Positions 57,097 through 64,000 of a DNA stretch of 64,000 bases are shown here, in pieces (within the stretch, counting starts at the first letter, position 1; every line of letters starts with the position of its first letter). Source of the stretch: Candidatus Saccharimonadales bacterium (GTDB taxonomy: Bacteria; Patescibacteriota; Saccharimonadia; Saccharimonadales; UBA4665); the NCBI GenBank assembly GCA_035479135.1, contig DATIIY010000003.1, forward strand, positions 42,302-106,301. Reading direction: 5' to 3'. The notes under the pieces were generated by a model, which saw only the letters and a program-made list of their open reading frames with translations, searched no databases and was not told the origin of the DNA. Position numbers and translations under genes: made by a program.

Positions 57097-58844
57097 GACG
57101 CACTTTATTATTACTAGCTTCAAGTGCATTTATAATTGTCCATTGTGCTTCGGCATTTGCAATGTCCGATACTCAAGCAAAATTGTTCCGTGAAAATATT
57201 AATTACTTTGATTCCGACGCTTGCGGTGCTAGTTCTTCTAGTAGTGTTACAGCCGGATCGGGCGCACCGGATGGTGCGACGTTTCCAAATTTAGACCCAA
57301 ACTCAATGGCAACCTCTATAGATAATTTTATTCAAAAAGAGAATTCAAACAGCGCGCTAAAGGGCCTTGGTTCTACGATTGTAGCCAGCGCTAAAAACTC
57401 GAATGTCAATCCGTTCTTAATAGTCGCTATTGCTCATAAAGAGTCAGGGCTAGCAGATCCGTCTGACTTTAATGTGAGTCATGGCAATAACTCTTTTGGC
57501 CGAGAAGCCACAAATAGCCAACCACATTTTGTTGGGAGTCATTTATGGTACAAGTGGTCATCTGTTAAGGCTAGCGTGGATTATACTGCTCCGGAAAACA
57601 AAGGAGCATCTGGCGGCGGAGACATGGCTACTTATTTGCGTACACAATATAACAGTTCAATTGATAAAAGCGATCTTGTTTCATTAATAATGCAATACGC
57701 CCCGCCTTCTGAAAACGATACCGCTCAATATACTAGTGACGTAAAAAGCTGGATAAAGGATATGGTAAGCGGTTCTAGTGGAGCAAGTTCTAGCACGTCG
57801 AGCTCATCAACAGCTAACACATGCGCATGCAACGGTTCAAGTACAGATCTTTCAGGTAGTGATAATCAGGAGAAGATATTTAATTACTTCATTGGAAAGG
57901 GGCTAAGTCCAGCTCAATCAGCCGGAATTGATGGTAATTTTGGCCAGGAATCAGGCTGGGATCCAAATGATAGTAATGGTTATTTAGGTCAGTGGGGAGG
58001 TAGTAGATTAACTGCCCTTGAGACCTTTGCCCAAAATCAAGGTACTCCGGTTAATGACTTGGGTGTGCAGCTTGATTATGTATGGTTGGAGTTAACTAAT
58101 GGTTCAGGTGCCGGTGAAGATGACTCAAAGGTATTAAGCGACTTGAAAAAAACAACCACTGCCACTGACGCGGCAACAATATTCAGTAAAGAGTACGAAA
58201 GACCCGGTGATCCCCAACTCCAAAATCGCATAGATTATGCAAATAATATTTTAAATAAATATGGCGGTAATTCCGCCGCGGGAGGTGGTACGGCGTCGAT
58301 GGGATGTAGCAATAGTGTAACTTGTACGAGTGGTGTTCCTGCAGGTACTAACGGTCTCAGTACAGTTCGGCAAAATGCCGTCTGCATTGCTCAACAGGAA
58401 TTGGCCTTATGGGATAGTAGAAAAATGACACCTGGTTTTCGTCCAAACTCATCTAATAGTTATACTAAATATAGCCAGAATGTTGAGGAGGAGTGGTGTG
58501 CAGATTTTGTAAGTTGGGTATACAATCAAGCTAACTTTCCTCTGCAAACAGGCTCTACTTGGCGCGTGCCGTTTGTACCTAATATACAATCAATTGGCGA
58601 GCAAAATAAAAACTTCCATTGGCATCCAGCAACCGCAGCGTACAATCCGAAGCCTGGTGATATTGCAATTCATGGCGATTCACACACCAATATTGTTACT
58701 GAGGTAAATGGCACTGCTGTTACTCTAATTGGGGGGGATCAGCATGCTGCGCCGCCAGGAGCTCCCAATGGTACAAGTGTAAGCAAGTATCAAATCTCCA
58801 GTTTTACTGGTGATGGAACCACAGGATACGTTTCACCGGACTAA
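57081..58844 (+). CDS. multidomain peptidoglycan hydrolase (VirB1/PrgK analogue): glucosaminidase-like + lysozyme2-like + CHAP
   Basis: 587 aa with a signal peptide. NPFLIVAIAHKESGL...GNNSFGRE is GH73/FlgJ-like. GLSPAQSAGIDGNFGQESGWDP...GQWGG is phage-tail-lysozyme-like. The C-terminal EWCADFVSWVY...GDIAIHGDSHTNIV is a CHAP Cys/His pair. Confidence 0.75.
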   Translation: MAEMVRRTLLLLASSAFIIVHCASAFAMSDTQAKLFRENINYFDSDACGASSSSSVTAGSGAPDGATFPNLDPNSMATSIDNFIQKENSNSALKGLGSTIVASAKNSNVNPFLIVAIAHKESGLADPSDFNVSHGNNSFGREATNSQPHFVGSHLWYKWSSVKASVDYTAPENKGASGGGDMATYLRTQYNSSIDKSDLVSLIMQYAPPSENDTAQYTSDVKSWIKDMVSGSSGASSSTSSSSTANTCACNGSSTDLSGSDNQEKIFNYFIGKGLSPAQSAGIDGNFGQESGWDPNDSNGYLGQWGGSRLTALETFAQNQGTPVNDLGVQLDYVWLELTNGSGAGEDDSKVLSDLKKTTTATDAATIFSKEYERPGDPQLQNRIDYANNILNKYGGNSAAGGGTASMGCSNSVTCTSGVPAGTNGLSTVRQNAVCIAQQELALWDSRKMTPGFRPNSSNSYTKYSQNVEEEWCADFVSWVYNQANFPLQTGSTWRVPFVPNIQSIGEQNKNFHWHPATAAYNPKPGDIAIHGDSHTNIVTEVNGTAVTLIGGDQHAAPPGAPNGTSVSKYQISSFTGDGTTGYVSPD

Positions 58845-58848
58845 AAAT

Positions 58849-59622
58849 ATGAATTTAACTCAACTAATTAAACCTATTGTTTTCATAGCACTCGTTTTAT
58901 TAGCGGTATTCTTGGCATTTGAATTTATTACATCCCGGCACTTTCATGTTGTAGGAACTAACCCGAAAACAAACAAAGTTGCCACGGTCTCGCCTTTCAT
59001 AAAAATAAAGTTCAATAAACCATTGTCTAAAAAGGGCGTTTCAATTAATTCAAGTTATTCAATAATAAAATCTTATAACATTCAAGATAAAACACTGGTA
59101 ATTACTCTTAAAACCCCTATGACACAAGGGTATAATTATTTTATAAGGATTAAATCAATTGCTGATCTTGATGGCGACACAATTGTAAATCAGGTATTCT
59201 CGTTTACGCCAAAATACATAAGCCCCCAGGATTTACCAAAAGATCAGCAACGGGCTTTACTTCAGTTGCAAACAAATCACCCTAAATCACAAGGTGATGT
59301 GCAATATGTGGGTTTTAGCGATTTAACAAATTATGGGGTAGCAAGTGATCAAGTTGCTAATATAGAACAGTTTGCTTACACTTTTGCGCCACATGCACAT
59401 ACAATTTCTATTGATCCTTCTAGCATTATGCCGGTTCCCCACAACCGTAATAGTTCAAGTACTTCCGACACAGTTAATTTCTTAATGGATGTTGACTCAA
59501 CTGCTTATAAAGCAAAAATTGTCTATTCTAATTTAAACAGTGAGGTCAGACTATATTTATTTGATTCTAATACTGGCGGGCAAGTATTTGACTCTAATGC
59601 TCCACCCAAGATATTTGATTAG
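58849..59622 (+). CDS. membrane-anchored protein with an Ig-like domain (last gene of the T4SS operon)
   Basis: The start is trimmed to MNLTQLIKPIVFIALVLLAVFLAF, 4 nt after the previous stop. SPFIKIKFNKPLSKKGVSI...KTLVITLKTPMTQGYNYFIRIKSIADLDGDTI resembles SbsA/Big_5-type Ig-like domains. Confidence 0.5.
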   Translation: MNLTQLIKPIVFIALVLLAVFLAFEFITSRHFHVVGTNPKTNKVATVSPFIKIKFNKPLSKKGVSINSSYSIIKSYNIQDKTLVITLKTPMTQGYNYFIRIKSIADLDGDTIVNQVFSFTPKYISPQDLPKDQQRALLQLQTNHPKSQGDVQYVGFSDLTNYGVASDQVANIEQFAYTFAPHAHTISIDPSSIMPVPHNRNSSSTSDTVNFLMDVDSTAYKAKIVYSNLNSEVRLYLFDSNTGGQVFDSNAPPKIFD

Positions 59623-59629
59623 TTTGTGT

Positions 59630-60688
59630 CTACCCCAGGGGGATGACGTTGCTCTTGGCGGTGAAGTGCTGGAGGACAATGTCGGCGTCAGTGGTGGTGA
59701 TGAAGGTTTGATAGGTTGCCAGATGGTCGGTTAAGGCGTGGCGGCGCTTGCCGTCGAGTTCACTGAAGACATCGTCCAGTAATAATAGTGGGGACTGGCC
59801 GCCACGCGCGGCCTGCAGGACTTTTAGTTCCAGTATTTTTAGGGCTAGTACGACAGTCCGAACTTCACCGCGGGAGGCCACGCTTTGGGCCGGCCGACCG
59901 TCAAATGTTAAGAGCAAATCTTCACGATGAGGGCCGCTGCTAGTAAAACCCTTTAGGTGATCTTCGTGGTGGGTGGCTTCCAGCCTTTTTAGCAACCGGC
60001 TCTCATAGACGTCTACCGGCCATTGATTAGCATAAATGATATTGACTATGGTTTTTGATTTTGACAGCTGATTGTACAGGGCCGGCAGATCATGATTGAT
60101 GTTTTCGGCTAAACCGCTGCGGGCCCGGACAAGTTGACCGGCTAGTTGACTTAAGCGAATGTCCCAAGGGAAAAGCTGACTACTGGACGCCTTGTTTGTT
60201 TGTTTAAGTAAGCGGTTGCGCTGAGCCAGTGCCCGCTTGTATTGTCGCCTTAACGACTTATAGCCGGCGGTAGTTTGTTCTAGCAGATCATCAAGATAAT
60301 CACGACGTCTCTCCGGCCCACCGGAAAACATTTGCAAATGATTCGGTTCAAAAATCACCACTGGCAGACTTTGAGCTAAACTAAGTCGTTGGTAGTTGTT
60401 GCCACCAATCTCAAATAGTTTGCCAGGTGTCGGTTCCCGGACAATTTTTACAGCTCGGTGGGTGTAATTCCCGTTGTGCGCGTCCAGTCTGGCCCACGGT
60501 TGATTAAATTTTATAAGTTCACCGCTGGCCACCCGAAATGATGAACCTTGAGCTAATACCAGAACGGCTTCCAACAAGCTGGTTTTGCCGCTGGCGTTGG
60601 GGCCGACAATAATATTGATGCCAGCCCCCAGTTCAAATGAATCGTCTTGAAATAGCCGGAAATTTTGCAGCCTCAGATCGGTTATCAT
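59630..60688 (-). CDS. recF: DNA replication and repair protein RecF
   Basis: 352 aa. Walker A GPNASGKTSLLEA, signature SGGPERRR-type region, and Walker B LLLLDDVFSELD. Confidence 0.92.
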   Translation of the reverse strand: MITDLRLQNFRLFQDDSFELGAGINIIVGPNASGKTSLLEAVLVLAQGSSFRVASGELIKFNQPWARLDAHNGNYTHRAVKIVREPTPGKLFEIGGNNYQRLSLAQSLPVVIFEPNHLQMFSGGPERRRDYLDDLLEQTTAGYKSLRRQYKRALAQRNRLLKQTNKASSSQLFPWDIRLSQLAGQLVRARSGLAENINHDLPALYNQLSKSKTIVNIIYANQWPVDVYESRLLKRLEATHHEDHLKGFTSSGPHREDLLLTFDGRPAQSVASRGEVRTVVLALKILELKVLQAARGGQSPLLLLDDVFSELDGKRRHALTDHLATYQTFITTTDADIVLQHFTAKSNVIPLG

Positions 60689-60716
60689 TCTGACTATTAT
60701 ATTGGTTTTATTTGTC

Positions 60717-61808
60717 TCATGATTTGAGAGGCATGATGATGTGCCGGTAATCCGGAGATTTAGGATCGCTGAGCATGGTTGGTTCTAGTTTGCCGTTGAA
60801 ACTGAATTCGACTGCCTCTCCGGACATTACATTTAAGGCATCTAACAGATAACGAGAATTAACTGTGATGCTGCCAGTGCCAGTGATTTTAGCATCAGCG
60901 GTGGCAGTGTTTTCGCCGAGTTGTGAGGCCACTGATCGGATACTAAGTTTTTGTTCAACTTCATCGACGCCGATGGTTACACTGCCGGCGCTTTCGCGAG
61001 CGAAAAGGCTTGATACCTTGGTTACATTAACTAAATCCGCGCGTTTAAGATTGGCTTTGGTAGAGAAGTTCTCAGGGATCAGCCGACGATAGTCGGGATA
61101 TTTACCGTCAACTAGTCTGGTCACCAGTTCGATATCAGCTACTTTGAACTGAACTTGTTGACTGTTGTGGGTTATGTGAATGGTTTCTTCGTCGTCACTT
61201 AAAACCCGTAAGAGGTCTTGCATGGCTGAAGCCGGGATAAGTAGTTTCGTTGATTCTTTATTGGTGCCAAGTTGCCGCTCGGCTAATCTATAACTGTCGG
61301 TGGCTGCCAGATATAATTTATTGCCGATAGTGTGTAGTAAAATTCCGGTTAACACTGGGCGGGTTTCGTCGTTAGCAGCTGCAAATACAACTTGCTGTAG
61401 AGCTTTTTTGAACAAGTTGCTTTTGAGGGTCCAGGTTTGGCCATCGGAAATCTCTGGCATAACCGGGAAATCATCAGCAATTATACCGTTTACAACGGAT
61501 TTATATTGATCGGTGTTGACGTGAAGTTTGGTGGTTTGAAGGTCTAACTCAATAACACCATCCGGTAAACTACTTACGAAATCTTGCATTAAGCGAGCCG
61601 GTACCGTAATTGAGCCTTCATCCCTCACTTTGGCACCGATGTAATGGGTAATTGCTATATCAAGATTAGTAGCTGACAGGCTTAGTCGGTTATTATTGGT
61701 TTTAATTAATACATTTGCCAATATCGGTAATGTGCCGCGACTATTAGCAACTCTGGCTACCGAACTAAGCGCCCGGTTTAGGTTTTCCTGTGTTACCTGC
61801 AGCTTCAT
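60717..61808 (-). CDS. dnaN: DNA polymerase III beta sliding clamp
   Basis: 363 aa counted from the ATG (MKLQVTQENL), which lies 6 nt after AGGAGG. Three-domain clamp length and position between dnaA and recF. TRPVLTGILL motif. Confidence 0.93.
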   Translation of the reverse strand: MKLQVTQENLNRALSSVARVANSRGTLPILANVLIKTNNNRLSLSATNLDIAITHYIGAKVRDEGSITVPARLMQDFVSSLPDGVIELDLQTTKLHVNTDQYKSVVNGIIADDFPVMPEISDGQTWTLKSNLFKKALQQVVFAAANDETRPVLTGILLHTIGNKLYLAATDSYRLAERQLGTNKESTKLLIPASAMQDLLRVLSDDEETIHITHNSQQVQFKVADIELVTRLVDGKYPDYRRLIPENFSTKANLKRADLVNVTKVSSLFARESAGSVTIGVDEVEQKLSIRSVASQLGENTATADAKITGTGSITVNSRYLLDALNVMSGEAVEFSFNGKLEPTMLSDPKSPDYRHIIMPLKS

Positions 61809-62078
61809 CACCAACCTCCTTTAATTATAATTTAATTAAATTGTCGTACTTTGTTATTGGTAATGTGGAAAGCCTGACTAAAACCACCATTAACAGATCC
61901 AAAACGGCTGTTCAAAAAAATGTAAAACCTTAGCATAACCTCCGCACAAAACGTTGATAAACCATCTCTTTTTCCAGAGACTCCCAACCCATAATTAAAC
62001 CACCTGCGCATAACCACTGAACTTATACCACTGACTATAAACAGCTGAACCACAGGCTTTCCCCAACTAACTACGGTT

Positions 62079-63488
62079 TTACGCATGTAAATGCTCCCTG
62101 ATTTCACTAATCGCCATTCGTAGATTAGCATCCAAACGAGCCTCGCGGTTTATCTTTTCTACCGAATGAATGGCTGTAGTGTGATCTTTGCGCCCTAATT
62201 CTTTGGCAATTTTAGGAAAACTTAGTTTCAATTCATTTCTTAAAATATACATGGCTACTTGCCGGGGCACTACAATATCTTTGTCACGTTTCGGACCGAC
62301 AATATCTTCAACCGGTATCTGATAATGTTTGGCCGTGCGCTCAATTATCTGCTTGGCACTAAGATGTTTAGGCCGGGTTCGATTTACATTCAAGAGACTG
62401 GTAGCTATTGCCAAAGTTGGCTCCAAGCCGCGCATTTCACAAAAAGCCAGAAGTTGATTCAATGCTCCCTCCAGCTCACGAATATTGGTTTGAATATTAG
62501 CTGCCAGATAATCAACAACTTCATTATCCAATTCAGTATTGTGAGCCTGGGCTTTGGTCTGAACGATGGCGCAACGGGTTTCAAAATCCGGAATTTGCAT
62601 ATCTATACTCATACCACCGGCAAACCGTGAACGCAGCCGGTCTTCAAGCGTCGGGATATCCCTAGGCGGCTTATCAGCACTGATAATTATCTGTTTATTG
62701 GCCTGGTGCAACGCGTTGAAGGTATGGAAGAACTCTTCCTGCATCTTCTCTTTGCCGGCGATGAACTGAACATCATCAACAATCAAAACATCGGCCGTCC
62801 GGTAGTGGCTGGCAAAAGCGGCGGTTTTACGAAACCGGAGGGCGTCAACGAACTCCTGCACAAACTGCTCGGTTGAAATGTACAACACTTTGATGTTTGG
62901 CTCACTGGCCGCCAAAATATTTCCGACCGCCTGGATCAAATGAGTTTTACCGATGCCTACTCCGCCATACAAAAACAGAGGATTATATTTGGTGCCGGGC
63001 TGAGCGGCGACCGCTTGACAAGCCGCAAAAGCCAGCTCATTAGAACTGCCAACAATAAAACTATCGAGAGTATAACGCTCATTTAAGCCCTGGCGGTAGG
63101 AGTGCGCCAAACCACCACCCACCCCAGATCCGCGGGCCATTCTGTCAGCCTGACTTACAGATCCGTTACCTTGCCCGTTCGACGTAGCCGGTGGAGATTG
63201 AAGCGACTCATCCGTCGATTTTCCGGATCGTTTGCCGCTAGCCGAGGGCACTATTTTATATTCAATCGCTTTGGATTTAATACCGTTTTTAGCCAAAGTT
63301 TTGATTATTAAATCGTTATATTTTTTTTCTAGCTGCTGTTTGATAAAAATATTTGATACGCCGATTATGATAATTTCGTCTGAATATTTTTGCAGCGTTG
63401 TGCCTTTGAACCAGGTTATAAAATTTCCGTGCGATACTGATAATTCAATTTCACCTAACACTGCTTGCCATAAGGAATCCTCCTGCAT
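62079..63488 (-). CDS. dnaA: chromosomal replication initiator DnaA
   Basis: 469 aa. Walker A GGVGIGKTHL, Walker B LIVDDVQF, sensor motifs, and C-terminal domain IV (VMPRQVAMYL-like VVPRQVAMYILRNE, HTTAIHSVEKI). Confidence 0.97.
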   Translation of the reverse strand: MQEDSLWQAVLGEIELSVSHGNFITWFKGTTLQKYSDEIIIIGVSNIFIKQQLEKKYNDLIIKTLAKNGIKSKAIEYKIVPSASGKRSGKSTDESLQSPPATSNGQGNGSVSQADRMARGSGVGGGLAHSYRQGLNERYTLDSFIVGSSNELAFAACQAVAAQPGTKYNPLFLYGGVGIGKTHLIQAVGNILAASEPNIKVLYISTEQFVQEFVDALRFRKTAAFASHYRTADVLIVDDVQFIAGKEKMQEEFFHTFNALHQANKQIIISADKPPRDIPTLEDRLRSRFAGGMSIDMQIPDFETRCAIVQTKAQAHNTELDNEVVDYLAANIQTNIRELEGALNQLLAFCEMRGLEPTLAIATSLLNVNRTRPKHLSAKQIIERTAKHYQIPVEDIVGPKRDKDIVVPRQVAMYILRNELKLSFPKIAKELGRKDHTTAIHSVEKINREARLDANLRMAISEIREHLHA

Positions 63489-63786
63489 CCGTCCTCCACT
63501 TGCTCTTAACTATACGACAGTCCGGAGCAGTTTTCCACACCCGGTAAGAAGAAATTTTGAGCCCAGCAGGCAAAACTGAGCAAAGAAGAGTATTTATACA
63601 CAGCCAACTGTCTTATCTGTTAATCTGTGGACAATAACCTACTTTACGTGGATAACCTTAACCGATCGGCGACTAATTATTGTCAAAACCACGATAAGAC
63701 TTGGCCGCCATGGCCAGCTTTACACCCGAAGCTTTAATTAGTATAGTTTAAGCTAAGCCAACAAGATTAAATCAAGATTCGAGACT
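63489..63786. other. candidate oriC region (dnaA-rpmH intergenic) with DnaA boxes
   Basis: Four 9-mers lie one mismatch from TTATCCACA or its complement. They are TTTTCCACA (63530-63538), TTATACACA (63593-63601), TGTGGACAA (63625-63633) and CGTGGATAA (63646-63654). Flanked by divergent dnaA and rpmH. Confidence 0.6.
63718..63746 (+). promoter_or_regulatory. candidate sigma-70-type promoter for rpmH-rnpA
   Basis: TTTACA, a 17-nt spacer, then TATAGT, ending 40 nt upstream of the rpmH ATG. Confidence 0.5.
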
Positions 63787-63924
63787 ATGCCCAAACGAAC
63801 CTACCAGCCCAAAAAACGATCACGTGCCCGCGAGCATGGTTTTCTTAAGCGAATGAAAGATAGAGCTGGACGACGCGTGCTGAAACGTCGCCGACTCAAA
63901 GGCCGGACCAAACTGTCAGCCTAG
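63787..63924 (+). CDS. rpmH: 50S ribosomal protein L34
   Basis: Manual translation gives [45 protein letters not shown] (45 aa), a canonical L34. Below the ORF-track cutoff. Confidence 0.95.
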   Translation: MPKRTYQPKKRSRAREHGFLKRMKDRAGRRVLKRRRLKGRTKLSA

Positions 63925-63934
63925 AAATTTACGA

Positions 63935-64000
63935 ATGCTGAGCGTCAGACATCGATTTCACGGACGCGGCAGTCTGAATAGCGTCTATCGCCGCGGTGAA
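63935..64000 (+). CDS. rnpA: ribonuclease P protein component (5' partial, runs off the window)
   Basis: ATG lies 10 nt after the rpmH stop. MLSVRHRFHGRGSLNSVYRRGE resembles the RnpA N-terminus. Conserved rpmH-rnpA synteny. Confidence 0.7.
   Translation, partial: MLSVRHRFHGRGSLNSVYRRGE

Noticed and set aside
42917-59622. Integrative conjugative element interpretation of the T4SS locus
   Set aside because: No relaxase, VirD4, integrase, excisionase or flanking direct repeats were seen, and both flanks are core genes. It cannot be fully excluded without searching the rest of the genome, so the locus is reported as a finding rather than called a mobile element.
61832-62131. 99-aa minus-strand ORF in the dnaA-dnaN spacer
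   Set aside because: It overlaps the dnaA 3' end out of frame and covers the AT-rich, DnaA-box-like spacer. It has no SD. The region is better explained as intergenic or origin-associated.

Overview
This is a gene-dense bacterial chromosomal window with about 60 supported protein genes, 4 tRNAs, and no rRNA, CRISPR array, transposase or integrase. It uses the standard code, since TGA serves as a stop (for example at 57094-57096). The right end carries the replication origin: recF-dnaN-dnaA on the minus strand (59.6-63.5 kb), an intergenic region with near-consensus DnaA boxes, then rpmH-rnpA on the plus strand. The first 36 kb is mostly housekeeping: polA, rpoD, dnaG, orn, msrB, mscL, argS, groES/groEL with a CIRCE operator, a Mur ligase, tsaD and valS. 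It also holds an argC-argJ-argD-argB operon divergent from carAB, in which ArgB is fused to a vertebrate-like NAT (DUF619) acetyltransferase domain. From 35.9 to 41.6 kb lies a tRNA-bounded accessory-looking patch. It contains three tRNA-Ser genes and a tRNA-Arg whose 3' end is duplicated as an 18-nt direct repeat 1.7 kb away. It also contains a secreted phosphoesterase flanked by a 23-nt hairpin repeat, a stand-alone lysozyme-like paralog, and small ORFs missing from the ORF track. The most notable region is 42.9-59.6 kb, a type IV secretion-like locus with Gram-positive/CPR-style architecture. It comprises six tandem VirB2-like pilin paralogs, divergently transcribed from an operon encoding these products: an extended VirB6-like protein, a basic soluble unknown, a PrgI/VirB3-like protein, a VirB4 ATPase that appears split into two coupled ORFs, a 1030-aa membrane protein, a three-module cell-wall hydrolase, and an Ig-like anchored protein. 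No VirD4 coupling protein, relaxase, integrase or replication gene is visible, and the locus sits directly against recF near oriC. The overall gene content is consistent with a Patescibacteria/CPR (Saccharibacteria-like) genome, but that is inference only. All family calls come from motif recognition by eye, and no searches were run.
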